DNA of 64,000 nucleotides from Planctomycetota bacterium (GTDB taxonomy: Bacteria; Planctomycetota; B15-G4; JADJEK01). How positions within the stretch are numbered: position 1 is the first letter of the stretch; each line of letters opens with the position of its first letter. This document shows, piece by piece, positions 42,891 through 52,076 of the stretch. The stretch covers positions 32,001 through 96,000 of the forward strand of contig JBGAIQ010000013.1 in the NCBI GenBank assembly GCA_044225365.1, read 5' to 3'. The notes under the pieces were generated by a model, which saw nothing but the letters and a program-made list of their open reading frames with translations, ran no database searches and was not told where the DNA came from. Made by a program: the position numbers and the translations under genes.

Positions 42891-43088
42891 ATGCAGACGA
42901 GATGGAAGTACATGGTGGTGAAGTTCACGACCTTCGGTTTCCTCGGCGGTCGGGTCGACGAGGTCGCGATGGGCGAGAGACTCGATCAGTTGGGTGCGGA
43001 GGGGTGGGAGGTCGTGTCGTGCGTGGGGAGCGCGCAGTCCCACGGCCGAACGCGGGAAATCGTCGCGGTTCTGAAGCGACCTGTGTGA
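42891..43088 (+). CDS. DUF4177 family small protein
   Basis: W.Y.VV ... LDQLGAEGWEVVS ... LKRP. Confidence 0.8.
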   Translation: MQTRWKYMVVKFTTFGFLGGRVDEVAMGERLDQLGAEGWEVVSCVGSAQSHGRTREIVAVLKRPV

Positions 43089-43110
43089 TGGAGGATGGAG
43101 AAGAGGGTAA

Positions 43111-43213
43111 GAGCCGCGCTGGAGCGCGGCGGTCCGGTAGGGCGCACGGCTGAGCGCCCGGGCCCAGCGGTGAACGGTGGATACCCGACGGGCAGACAGC
43201 CGTCTGCCCCTAC
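43111..43213. repeat. REP cluster: GGACC-family palindrome plus a 77-bp inverted GTAG REP doublet (REPIN-like)
   Basis: GAGCCGCGCTGGAGCGCGGCGGTCC at 43111-43135. GTAGGGCGCACGGCTGAGCGCCC at 43137-43159. Inverted GTAGGGGCAGACGGCTGTCTGCCC at 43213-43190. Confidence 0.85.
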
Positions 43214-43926
43214 AGCGAGGCGGTGTCGACGAGGAACGTCACGCCGCCGTCGCGCGGATTCACTTGCGCGGAGGGGAAACCCGAGGCCGGGCCCTCCTTC
43301 AAGATGCGGGAGAGCACGGGTCGCTTCGCCGCACCGGAAACGAGGAACGCGATGGCCCGTGCAGCGTTCAGCGCGGCGTAGGTGAGCGTGAGGCGCTTCT
43401 GCGGCTTCCCCTCGGGAGCGACCGCGACCACGAGCTCCGGACCGCGGCAGCGTTCGACGACGTCGGGAAAGATCGAAGCCGTGTGTCCGTCGTCGCCGAT
43501 ACCGAGGAGAACGAGATCGAAGCGCGGCGTGCCGCTCTTCTCGCTTGCGACGCTGCTGCGGATCATCGCTTCGTATTCCGCCGCGACGGCTGCGAGATCG
43601 TTCTTCTCGCCCGCCATACGGAACACGTTTGCGCTCGGCACGTTCACGCGCGAGAGCCAGGCTTCGCTCGCCATCTTGAAGTTGCTGTCGGGATGATCGG
43701 GCGGAACGCAGCGTTCGTCGCCGAAGAAGACCTTCCACCGCGCGAACTCGGCGTTCGCCGATTCGGCGGCGAGTAGGGCGTAGACGTCCTTCGGAGTCGA
43801 GCCTCCGGCGAGCGCGATCGAGAACTCGCCACGCTGTTCGATCGCGGCGCGCGCGAGATTCAGTACATAGTCCGTCGCGCCGCGCGCGAGAGCCACCTTG
43901 TCCGAGAAGACGGCGAGCGTCCGCAT
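43210..43926 (-). CDS. pgl: 6-phosphogluconolactonase
   Basis: IALAGGSTP, FFGDERCVPPDHPDSNF, LLGIGDDGHTASIFP, RLTLT. Lies in the zwf operon. Confidence 0.95.
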   Translation of the reverse strand: MRTLAVFSDKVALARGATDYVLNLARAAIEQRGEFSIALAGGSTPKDVYALLAAESANAEFARWKVFFGDERCVPPDHPDSNFKMASEAWLSRVNVPSANVFRMAGEKNDLAAVAAEYEAMIRSSVASEKSGTPRFDLVLLGIGDDGHTASIFPDVVERCRGPELVVAVAPEGKPQKRLTLTYAALNAARAIAFLVSGAAKRPVLSRILKEGPASGFPSAQVNPRDGGVTFLVDTASL

Positions 43927-44984
43927 CACCGGCCCTTGCTGTACCGCGCGATCACGGCGCGCAGCGCCTGATCGTAGGCGATGTCGCGGATCGGGTCGGC
44001 GAGCACGTGGGTGAGCGCGGCGAACGGATGGAGCAACGGCCGCGGCAGCTCGGCGGCGGCGGTGCCATCCTCTTCGTCGCTCCGCAACCGCAGCACGTGA
44101 TTGCCGAACTGTTTGAAGTGGATGTCCGTGCGCTTGTCGTCGTCGTGCACTTCGAGATCGATCCCGCACACGGCGCCCTTTTGCGACGGGTCGTCGACCT
44201 GGCGCCGCATGCGGACGAACGGCCGCTGATCGCCTGCAAATCGCGATTCGAGCCAACCGAGCACGAGCGAGCCCTGCGCGTCGTTGTCGGCGCACGTCGC
44301 CTGCACGGCCGTCACGCGCGCGCCCGCGCCGGCGACCTCGTCGTACCCGGCCGCGATCACTTCGCGCCAGGTGCGCAGGCGTTCGAATGCAATGTCGCGA
44401 ACGATGAGATGCTCGATGTTCTCGAGTCGGGCGAGATACTGAAACGTGTCCGCGACATCCGCGCAGCCATCCGAATCGACGATCAGCACGTCGACGACTG
44501 GCACGAGCTGCGCGACGAGATCACTCCGCAGGAGCTTCGTGTCGGGAACGAAGAGCACGAGTGGCAGATCGGACACGGCGAGCGGAACGAGGATCGACGG
44601 GAGATCGCGCAGCGTCGAGTTCGACGCTTTCACGACGACCTGTTCCTGACAGAACTGCTTGCCACCGGACCCGCCGATCGTGCACGTCCCTCCGACCTGT
44701 GCCGTCACGCCATCGCAGCTTGCGATCTCGACGATGACGCTGCGCGCCGGCACGACCGCGATCGCCGCGTTCACGGCATTCGCCATCGTAGGGAATGTCG
44801 CACTCTCGCTGATCGCGATGAGAGTGAGGGCTCGCGAACGGACGATCGCGCTCTCGCCTTTCTCGGTCGAGATTCCGTCGGCGGCGCGCCACATCGACGA
44901 CAGCGCGCGGCCGATCTCGTCGATCGGTACCGTTCGCTGCGCGAAGACCGCTTCGAGGGAAGCGCCCGGTGTCGCGGTGCCCAT
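43926..44984 (-). CDS. opcA: Glucose-6-phosphate dehydrogenase assembly protein OpcA-like
   Basis: Between zwf and pgl. P.R.IV, FCQEQV, PL.VSDLP, IVDS, D..F.RL..WR..IA, GWL.SR. Confidence 0.8.
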   Translation of the reverse strand: MGTATPGASLEAVFAQRTVPIDEIGRALSSMWRAADGISTEKGESAIVRSRALTLIAISESATFPTMANAVNAAIAVVPARSVIVEIASCDGVTAQVGGTCTIGGSGGKQFCQEQVVVKASNSTLRDLPSILVPLAVSDLPLVLFVPDTKLLRSDLVAQLVPVVDVLIVDSDGCADVADTFQYLARLENIEHLIVRDIAFERLRTWREVIAAGYDEVAGAGARVTAVQATCADNDAQGSLVLGWLESRFAGDQRPFVRMRRQVDDPSQKGAVCGIDLEVHDDDKRTDIHFKQFGNHVLRLRSDEEDGTAAAELPRPLLHPFAALTHVLADPIRDIAYDQALRAVIARYSKGR

Positions 44985-44986
44985 GA

Positions 44987-46534
44987 TCAGAGCCTCCGCC
45001 ACTCACGGCCATCGCGCTCGAGCAGGAGATCCGCGGCCCGCGGGCCGTACGTTCCGGCCTCGTAGTTCGGGAAGATCGTCGGTGGCCCGTCCTTCCAGGA
45101 ATCGAGGATCGGCATCACGAGCTTCCAGGCTTCTTCGGCGATGTCGCCGCGGATGAAGAGCGTCGGATCGCCAAGCATGCAGTCGAGCACGAGTCGCTCA
45201 TACGCATCCGGTTGCGCTTCGGCGAACGCAGTGCCGTATTGGAAGTCCATCTTCACCGGGCGGATCTTGATGTCGTAGCCCGGAACTTTGGAACCGAACT
45301 TCAGCGCGATGCCCTCGTCGGGTTGGATGCGCAGCGCAAGAACGTTGGTGTCGAAGGTCGGGCCGCCGCCACCTGCGAACAGGCGATGGGGCACTTCCTT
45401 GAACTGGATCGCCACTTCCGAGACCTTCTTCGGCAGGCGCTTTCCCGTCCGGAGGTAGAACGGGACGCCGGCCCAGCGCCAGTTGTCGACATTGAGTTTC
45501 ATCGCGCAGTACGTCTCGGTCTTCGAGTCGGGCTGCACGCTCTCTTCTTCGCGATAGCCGGGCACGCGCTTGCCGTTGATCGATCCCGCACCGTACTGAC
45601 CGCGGATCACGCGCTCGCCGATCTCACCGAGTTCGAAGGGCCGCAGACTGCGCAGCACCTTCTTGCGCTCATCGCGGATCGCTTCCGGATCGAGACTCGC
45701 GGGAGGCTCCATCGCGATGAGGCAGAGGAGCTGCAGCAGGTGATTCTGGATCATGTCCCGCAGCGCGCCCGACTCCTCGTAGTAGCCGCCACGCCCTTCG
45801 ACGCCGAGCGTCTCCGCGACGGAGATCTGTACGTTGTCGATGTAGCGGTTGTTCCACAGGGGCTCGAAGATTGCGTTCGCGAAGCGCAGAACGAGCATAT
45901 TCTGCACCGTCTCCTTCCCGAGGTAATGATCGATGCGATACACCTCGGATTCGTCGAAGGCGGTGAGGAGCTTCTTGTTGAGGGCAACGGCGCTGTCGTA
46001 GTCGCGTCCGAAAGGCTTCTCGACGATCACGCGGCGATCGCCGTTCGTGCCGGCGGCCCGCTCGAGGTCGCGAACTTCGGCGAGGCGATCGAGGATCGGG
46101 AAGAAGGCCGACGGGGGAGTCGAGAGATAGAACAGGCGATTACCGCCGGTGCCGTGTTCCTTGTCGATTTCGCGCAACCGCGCGTAGAGGTCCTTCGACG
46201 ACGACGGGTCGTCGTTGTCGACCTTCTGGTAGTGAAAGCTCTGGAGCATCGCTTTCACGACCTGCGCAGAGTCGGTGCCCGGCCGCTTCCCCGCCTCGAC
46301 GGACTTCTGCATGTCCTCGCGGAATGCGTCGTCACTCATGTCCTGGCGACCGACGCCGATGAGTGCGAACGATCGCGGCAAGAGTCCCGCGTGCGCAAGG
46401 CTCGACAACGCCGGCACGATCTTCCGCTTCGCGAGATCGCCACGGGCGCCGAAGAGAACGAAGACACACGGCTCCGGCGCGCGCGAGAGGCGCAGGCCGG
46501 AACGAAAGGGATTCTCTGCCGCCATTCGCGCCAT
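44987..46534 (-). CDS. zwf: Glucose-6-phosphate 1-dehydrogenase
   Basis: FGARGDLAKRK, EKPFGRD, YRIDHYLGKETVQN, RDMIQNHLLQ, RWAGVPFYLRTGK, AYERL. Confidence 0.97.
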   Translation of the reverse strand: MARMAAENPFRSGLRLSRAPEPCVFVLFGARGDLAKRKIVPALSSLAHAGLLPRSFALIGVGRQDMSDDAFREDMQKSVEAGKRPGTDSAQVVKAMLQSFHYQKVDNDDPSSSKDLYARLREIDKEHGTGGNRLFYLSTPPSAFFPILDRLAEVRDLERAAGTNGDRRVIVEKPFGRDYDSAVALNKKLLTAFDESEVYRIDHYLGKETVQNMLVLRFANAIFEPLWNNRYIDNVQISVAETLGVEGRGGYYEESGALRDMIQNHLLQLLCLIAMEPPASLDPEAIRDERKKVLRSLRPFELGEIGERVIRGQYGAGSINGKRVPGYREEESVQPDSKTETYCAMKLNVDNWRWAGVPFYLRTGKRLPKKVSEVAIQFKEVPHRLFAGGGGPTFDTNVLALRIQPDEGIALKFGSKVPGYDIKIRPVKMDFQYGTAFAEAQPDAYERLVLDCMLGDPTLFIRGDIAEEAWKLVMPILDSWKDGPPTIFPNYEAGTYGPRAADLLLERDGREWRRL

Positions 46535-46569
46535 GGTTTCCTCTGACGGTTGGGCACACGGGTCGGATT

Positions 46570-46646
46570 GTAGGGGCGCACGGCTGTGCGCCCGTCACGG
46601 CGTTTACGACAATTCCGCCGCAGGGCCGACCGCCGTCCGCTCCTAC
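46570..46646. repeat. 77-bp inverted GTAG REP doublet (REPIN-like)
   Basis: GTAGGGGCGCACGGCTGTGCGCCC at 46570-46593 and inverted GTAGGAGCGGACGGCGGTCGGCCC at 46646-46623. Confidence 0.8.
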
Positions 46647-46680
46647 GAAATGATCGAGAGTTCGACGATCGAATCTGAAA

Positions 46681-48378
46681 TCAATGGTCGAGGGTCAAGG
46701 TGTCGACGGATTCGATCGGCTGCGGGCCGAACTTCGTCGTGGTCCCATCGGGCCACGTCACGTCGACCGTGTAGGTCTTGGTCCCGAGAGGCAGTCCGAA
46801 GTGGACCTGTGGCGGATTCGAACTCTGATAACCCCCGCTGGTATAGACCCAGCGCGTTTGCTTCACGCCGCCCGCGTCGACGACGATCTTGCTGCCGATT
46901 CCATGATGGTTCTTCACATCCGGCCTTCGGTCGAGGAGAGCGACGATCGTCCACGGTCCCTTCGCACCGTCGTTCTCGAGGACGCGGATCGGTTCGTTCA
47001 AACTGTTCACGATCATGTCGATGTCGCCGTCGAGGTCGAGGTCGTCGAAGACCGCACTGCGATCGCAACGGGCTTCCTTCAACCAGGGGCCGGCTTCCTC
47101 GGCGCTCACGAGCTCGAAACGCTTGCCGGCGGTGCGGCGGAAGAGCTGCGGCACCTGATCATGCATCCAGCCGCGCGGCTCGGTGATCTCCTTCGGGTAG
47201 ACATGACCATCGAACACGACGATGTCCTCGTCGCCGTCGTGATCGAAGTCGTAGAAGCCGGTCGCCCACTTCAAGTACGGCCGCGAGACGACGCCGAGGC
47301 CCCAGAGCGGGGTTTGATCCGAGAATTGCCGCTTCCCGACGTACACGTGGAGCGTGTTGGTGTCGTTCATGAAGTTCGTCGAGAACACGTCCGCGAGTTG
47401 ATCGCCGTTCACGTCGCCGATCGCGATGCCCATCGTGGCCTGCTCGATACCGTCGGAATTCGTCGCGATCCCGCTCGTGACGCCGAGGTCCTCGAACGAG
47501 CCGTCGGCCTTGCGCATGAACAGGTTGTTCTTGCCCGAGTCGTTGCCGACGAAGATGTCCTGCTTGCCGTCCCCGTCGAAGTCGAGGATCACCGCGCCGA
47601 GGCCGTAACCCGGCTCGACCTTGTCGAACCCGAGTCGTGACGTGGCGTCCTCGAACGTGCCATCGCCGCGATTCACGAACACGCGATCGGGTTGCGCCTT
47701 CAGGCCCATCGGTCCGCCGAACACGCGCGCGGTCATGAACGTGGTCTCGGGCGGCGGGTTCTTCGGGTCGAACTCGATGTAGTTGACGACGTAGAGGTCG
47801 AGGTCGCCGTCCTGGTCGATGTCGCCGCACGCGGTGGCCGTCGTCCAGTCGTTCGCACCCCCGGCGACACCGGCCTGCGCCGTCGCATCCTCGAACTTCC
47901 CGCCGAGATTGTGATACAGCGAATTCTCGCCGAAGGCGCTGACGTAGAGGTCGTCCTTGCCGTCTCCGTCGTAGTCGAGCGCGCACGATCCGAAACCCCA
48001 GCGATCGAACGCGATGCCCGTCCTCGAGGTGATGTCACGGAAGTGAATCGCGGGACGCTTGCCCATGTTGCTGATGTTCTCGTAGAAACGGCATCCCGGG
48101 CCCTTCTTCGGCGAATCGAGTGTGGCGCCGTTGGGGACGAAGAGGTCGTAGTCGCCGTCGCCGTCGAAGTCGAGGAGCGCGAGGCCGCCGCCCTTCACCT
48201 CGAGGATCTGCGTCGAAGGTGTCTTGCCCGATGTCGTCGTGAAGTCGATCCCACTGTTCTTCGTGATGTCGACGAAGTGGAGTCGGCCCATCGCCGGCTT
48301 CTCTGGCTCTGGATGCGAGCAACCGACGAGGGACGCGAGGACGACGAAGGCGAGTCGAACGGAGCGGGAAATGGTCAG
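46681..48378 (-). CDS. CRTAC1-family FG-GAP/VCBS repeat lipoprotein with ASPIC/UnbV C-terminal domain (first ATG at 48291; signal peptide lies upstream of it)
   Basis: DFDGDGDYDL-type repeats, TMGIAIGD, terminal GGYQSSN...HFGL..V.WPDG. Upstream in-frame extension RSVRLAFVVLASLVGC carries a lipobox. Confidence 0.85.
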   Translation of the reverse strand: MTISRSVRLAFVVLASLVGCSHPEPEKPAMGRLHFVDITKNSGIDFTTTSGKTPSTQILEVKGGGLALLDFDGDGDYDLFVPNGATLDSPKKGPGCRFYENISNMGKRPAIHFRDITSRTGIAFDRWGFGSCALDYDGDGKDDLYVSAFGENSLYHNLGGKFEDATAQAGVAGGANDWTTATACGDIDQDGDLDLYVVNYIEFDPKNPPPETTFMTARVFGGPMGLKAQPDRVFVNRGDGTFEDATSRLGFDKVEPGYGLGAVILDFDGDGKQDIFVGNDSGKNNLFMRKADGSFEDLGVTSGIATNSDGIEQATMGIAIGDVNGDQLADVFSTNFMNDTNTLHVYVGKRQFSDQTPLWGLGVVSRPYLKWATGFYDFDHDGDEDIVVFDGHVYPKEITEPRGWMHDQVPQLFRRTAGKRFELVSAEEAGPWLKEARCDRSAVFDDLDLDGDIDMIVNSLNEPIRVLENDGAKGPWTIVALLDRRPDVKNHHGIGSKIVVDAGGVKQTRWVYTSGGYQSSNPPQVHFGLPLGTKTYTVDVTWPDGTTTKFGPQPIESVDTLTLDH

Positions 48379-49295
48379 TCTCCTTCGGGGCGATTACCGG
48401 ACATCGATGGAGCGCCGTGCTTCGCGCGGCCCTTCTTGATCTCTTCCAGCGCGGCCTTCTCGAGATCGAGTTCGCCAAGTCGGTGATACACGCGCGAAAG
48501 GTTGAACCAGCAGTCTTCGCTCCACGCGACGTACTTCGTCGCGTCCTCGAGGAGGATTCGCGCTTCCTTCAGGAGTGCGTCAGACTTCGAGGGATCGAGT
48601 TCGCTGCGCTGCAGCAGCAGCCCGCCGAGGCGCACCTCCGTCTTTCCGAAGTCGGTGCGGTCGGATTGGCGCGGTGCTTTGCCCTGCTTCGCGAGGTTCA
48701 CGAGCGCGTCCTTCGCGAGGCGATTCGAATCGCGCAGATGCTTCTCGGCTTCGTCGAGGTCGCCGCGCTCGAGCGCGATCAGGCCGAGACCGTACTGCGT
48801 ATCGGCTTCATCGAGGCCGAGCTTCGAAGCGGCCTGGAAGGCCGCGGCCGAGGTGTCGAGGTCCCCGAGGTAGTAGCACGTCCACGCGTAGTAGATGAAC
48901 GCGCCCTTCGCGTTGTCGAACACAGGCCCAGCGTCGATCACCCTCTCGAAATCTGGGCGCGCGGCGGCATAGAGCTTCTGCCGGTGATTCGAGAAAGCGC
49001 GGATGTACAGCGCGCGCGGGTTGTTCGGATCCTTCGCGAGGAACTCGTCGCACACCTCGCGGGCACGAGTCGAATTGCCGAGCACGAGCGCCGACATCGC
49101 TTGCTTCAGGACCGGGTCGTCGATCTTCGGCAACTCGCCCCTTTGCGCCGCAAAGCGTTCGAGTGCACTCTCGATGCGGAGGACGCCCGGCGACTTCGCG
49201 ACGTTCGAGTTCTTTGCGTCGCCCGGACGATCGCATGCGAGCGTCAGGCAGGCGACGAGGCACGTCGCAATCGTGGCGCGGAACGAGAGCATCAT
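48375..49295 (-). CDS. TPR-repeat lipoprotein
   Basis: Signal with lipobox LTLAC and TPR-like repeats (YGLGLIALERGDLDEAEKHL, WFNLSRVYHRLG). Confidence 0.8.
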   Translation of the reverse strand: MMLSFRATIATCLVACLTLACDRPGDAKNSNVAKSPGVLRIESALERFAAQRGELPKIDDPVLKQAMSALVLGNSTRAREVCDEFLAKDPNNPRALYIRAFSNHRQKLYAAARPDFERVIDAGPVFDNAKGAFIYYAWTCYYLGDLDTSAAAFQAASKLGLDEADTQYGLGLIALERGDLDEAEKHLRDSNRLAKDALVNLAKQGKAPRQSDRTDFGKTEVRLGGLLLQRSELDPSKSDALLKEARILLEDATKYVAWSEDCWFNLSRVYHRLGELDLEKAALEEIKKGRAKHGAPSMSGNRPEGD

Positions 49296-49347
49296 GCGCA
49301 GATCGTAGCGTGCAGGAAGTCGTCCCGGGGCGGCTGTTTTGGGGGCC

Positions 49348-49962
49348 TCAATCGAGGACGCGCGTCCACGCCGCAAGGCGCTCCGCGAGCGCGACGCGCC
49401 CGCGCTGGACTCGCTTGTACGCCGTTTCGACGTCGAGGGAGAGGTCGGTGGCGGCGTCCTTGATCGGCATCTCGCGCAGGTACACGCGCTCGAGGATCTC
49501 GCGTTGATCCTTCGGCAGCGTGGCGAGCGCGAGGCGAAGCGTCGTCGCTTCGGAGCCGCTCACGGCTTTCTCCTCCGGCGACGGAAGCGACGAAGCCACT
49601 TCCGGAGCGCCTTCGGCATCGCTGCTCGAGACTCCCGGGCGAGCGTTTCGTCGCTGCGCATGGCGAGACAGCAAGCGGAATGCGCAGCGCAGCAGATAGG
49701 CGCGAAACGCGATCGGATTCTCGAAGCTGGTGCGGCGCGCCACCTTCACGAATCCAGCGGCCGCGTCCTGAGCGACGTCGCTCGCGCTACGCGTGGGCGT
49801 GAGCATGTGCCCGTAACGGCGGCGGATTCGCTCTTTCAGCGTCGCGATCTCCACGCGGAGCAACTCGTCGAGCAACTGCGGCTCGCCGTTCTGCTGGAAG
49901 CGCGCGAGGAGGCTCGCGACCGGGTCTTCCGCGTTCGATCGTGAATTCGAGGACGATTCCAT
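49348..49962 (-). CDS. ECF-type sigma-70 factor (kinase-associated type)
   Basis: Region 2: RIRRR..TPTRSASDVAQD..F....FRAYL. Region 4: ALATLPKDQREIL....E.A..L......KRVQRGR..L. Confidence 0.85.
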   Translation of the reverse strand: MESSSNSRSNAEDPVASLLARFQQNGEPQLLDELLRVEIATLKERIRRRYGHMLTPTRSASDVAQDAAAGFVKVARRTSFENPIAFRAYLLRCAFRLLSRHAQRRNARPGVSSSDAEGAPEVASSLPSPEEKAVSGSEATTLRLALATLPKDQREILERVYLREMPIKDAATDLSLDVETAYKRVQRGRVALAERLAAWTRVLD

Positions 49963-50015
49963 GGGTGCCGCAGAATCGGTGTCCAACCCGAGTGAGAGTA
50001 CACCTTCTGGGAGCT

Positions 50016-50258
50016 ATGGCGAACAACCAGAAAATCGCTGACGTCCCGAGCGACGACGATCCACTCGTCCGCTCGCTCCACGATTGGCTGGACCCCGCGA
50101 ACTTCCCTGCGATCGCGTCGAAGGTCGACGCGAAGCTCGACTATCTCGACACGGCGGATCGGGCGCGCTTCACGCGGCTCGTCGCCGAGACCTTGGAACG
50201 AGTCCGCGCAAGGAAAACGAAGGATCTTGGAAGATCCGAGTCCAGCGCCGCCGAGTGA
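50016..50258 (+). CDS. 80-aa protein homologous to the N-terminal extension of the two downstream Ser/Thr kinases
   Basis: GGGAG just upstream of the ATG. DDPLVRSLHDWLDPANF...DRARFTRLVAE aligns with kinase DDPLARAIFDWLDPERF...DKERWRRLISE. Confidence 0.8.
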   Translation: MANNQKIADVPSDDDPLVRSLHDWLDPANFPAIASKVDAKLDYLDTADRARFTRLVAETLERVRARKTKDLGRSESSAAE

Positions 50259-50339
50259 GCGCCTTTCTCTCTCCCGACCGGCGCGATTCCCGCGCTGGCC
50301 CGACACCTCGAATCCAACTCGATCAAAGAGAGAACGGTC

Positions 50340-51968
50340 ATGCGCTCCATTCGACTGAACGCCTTCCACATCGCGTCCTGCGGCCTCCTCCTCGGTCTTC
50401 CTGCTGCCCGCGCGGAGCAGTGTTTTGCTCAGTACTTCCCAGAGCCGCTCACTTCACCGTGGGTATCGCCCGCGTCTCACTACGGATCCGCGGTTGCGGC
50501 GTCGGGGACGATGTTCGCGGTCGGCGCGCCCGACGACAACCAAGCCATGGGATCGGTCGTGATCCACGAACTCGCGAATGGGTCGTTCGGCAGTTCGACC
50601 GTGATCCAGCCGCTCTTCGGCATGCCGGGCGACCGCTTCGGCGCGGCTGTCGCGCTCGACGGCGATCGGCTCGTCGTGGGTGCGCCGATGGATAACGCCG
50701 CGGGCGTCGGCACCGGCGCCGGTGCGATCTACGTCTACCATCGCATCGTGAATCAGGGCACGAGCGCATGGATCCAGGACGCCAAGTTCTACGCCCCGGA
50801 TGCCGCGCCGGGCGATCACTTCGGCGCCGTCGTCGCGGCCAGCGGCAACACGATCCTCATCGGCGCCCCCGATCGCGACGGGCTCGCCGTCGATCAGGGT
50901 CGGGCCTATGCGCTCGAGTATTCGGTCAACAGCCTCGTGTGGTCCACGTTCAACCAGACTACTCCGCAGACGAACGAGCACTACGGCAGCGCGCTCTCGA
51001 TCGATGGCAATCTGCTCGCGATCGGCAGCCCGCACTACATCAAGAAGACGCCCTCGACACCCGAGTTCGGACGCGTGACGGTGCTGAGCCGCAGCGCACC
51101 GGGATCCAATTGGCTGAAGGAATCGGAACTCGTCCCGGCAACCGGTGTGGCGGGTCTCCACTTCGGGATCTCGGTCTCCGTGAAGTCGGGTCGAATCCTC
51201 GTCGGTGCTCCCGGGTTCGTGGACTCGTCCGGTTTGGCATCGGGAGCCGGCCTGTTGTTCGAGAAGCAGAACGGCACCTGGACCCAAGTCACCGATCTGA
51301 GTTCGTACGACGCGCTGTTCAACGGCGAGACGCTTCTCGGCACGGCCGTGGTCCTCTTGGAACACGACGTAATCATTGCGAGTCCGACCCGATTGAGCAC
51401 TGGACACCAGGACATCTACGGGCAGTGGTGGGTGCCGACCGGGGTCTCCCTGCCGTTCGGCGACATGCAGGTGAACGACGGCACGACGATCAGCCCCATC
51501 ATCGCGGCCTCGGGATCGTTCGCGATCGCGGGTCGCCCGGCCGCGGCGCCGGGTGAGGTCGACAAGGCCTTCGCGCTCTCGCTCTGCGCCGGCAATTGGT
51601 CGAATCACCCGTGGGCGGCCTCCAAGGGCGTTGCCGGATATCCGCAGCTTCGTGGCGCGGGTCCTCTCGACGACAACCTCGCGCTCGAACTGCGCCTCGA
51701 GAAGGCGAAACCGAACACGTTCGGCATGCTCCTCGTCCACGTTGGCATCGAGGCCGCGCTGCCCTTCCACGGCGGCACCCTCGAGGCGTTCCCTGCCAAC
51801 CTCGCGCTCACGGTCCCGATCGACAATGCGGGCCGGTTCGCGGCGCCCGCGGTTCTTCCCGCGGGTCTCTCCAACGTCTCGTTCGTGATGCAGATGCTGA
51901 TCCCGGACGCGACGGCGAAGGGCGGAGTTGCGCTCTCGACGGGGCTGAAGGCGACGACCGCGCCCTGA
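50340..51968 (+). CDS. Secreted FG-GAP repeat beta-propeller protein with a ~125-aa C-terminal domain
   Basis: Signal peptide ending AARA-E. Repeats of [FY]G.AVA..G..L.VGAP......G..Y. Confidence 0.88.
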   Translation: MRSIRLNAFHIASCGLLLGLPAARAEQCFAQYFPEPLTSPWVSPASHYGSAVAASGTMFAVGAPDDNQAMGSVVIHELANGSFGSSTVIQPLFGMPGDRFGAAVALDGDRLVVGAPMDNAAGVGTGAGAIYVYHRIVNQGTSAWIQDAKFYAPDAAPGDHFGAVVAASGNTILIGAPDRDGLAVDQGRAYALEYSVNSLVWSTFNQTTPQTNEHYGSALSIDGNLLAIGSPHYIKKTPSTPEFGRVTVLSRSAPGSNWLKESELVPATGVAGLHFGISVSVKSGRILVGAPGFVDSSGLASGAGLLFEKQNGTWTQVTDLSSYDALFNGETLLGTAVVLLEHDVIIASPTRLSTGHQDIYGQWWVPTGVSLPFGDMQVNDGTTISPIIAASGSFAIAGRPAAAPGEVDKAFALSLCAGNWSNHPWAASKGVAGYPQLRGAGPLDDNLALELRLEKAKPNTFGMLLVHVGIEAALPFHGGTLEAFPANLALTVPIDNAGRFAAPAVLPAGLSNVSFVMQMLIPDATAKGGVALSTGLKATTAP

Positions 51969-51983
51969 TCGGAATTCCATCTT

Positions 51984-52017
51984 GCCCCCGCGCGGACGGC
52001 TGCGCGGGGGCTTCTTC
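51984..52017 (+). terminator. Probable terminator hairpin
   Basis: GCCCCCGCGC / GCGCGGGGGC 10-bp stem followed by TTCTTC, about 15 nt after the FG-GAP stop. Confidence 0.55.
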
Positions 52018-52076
52018 GCTTGCATCGGAGATCGCTACCTCGTGGGGAGGCTTCACGGCAGAATGGGAACGCCGCC

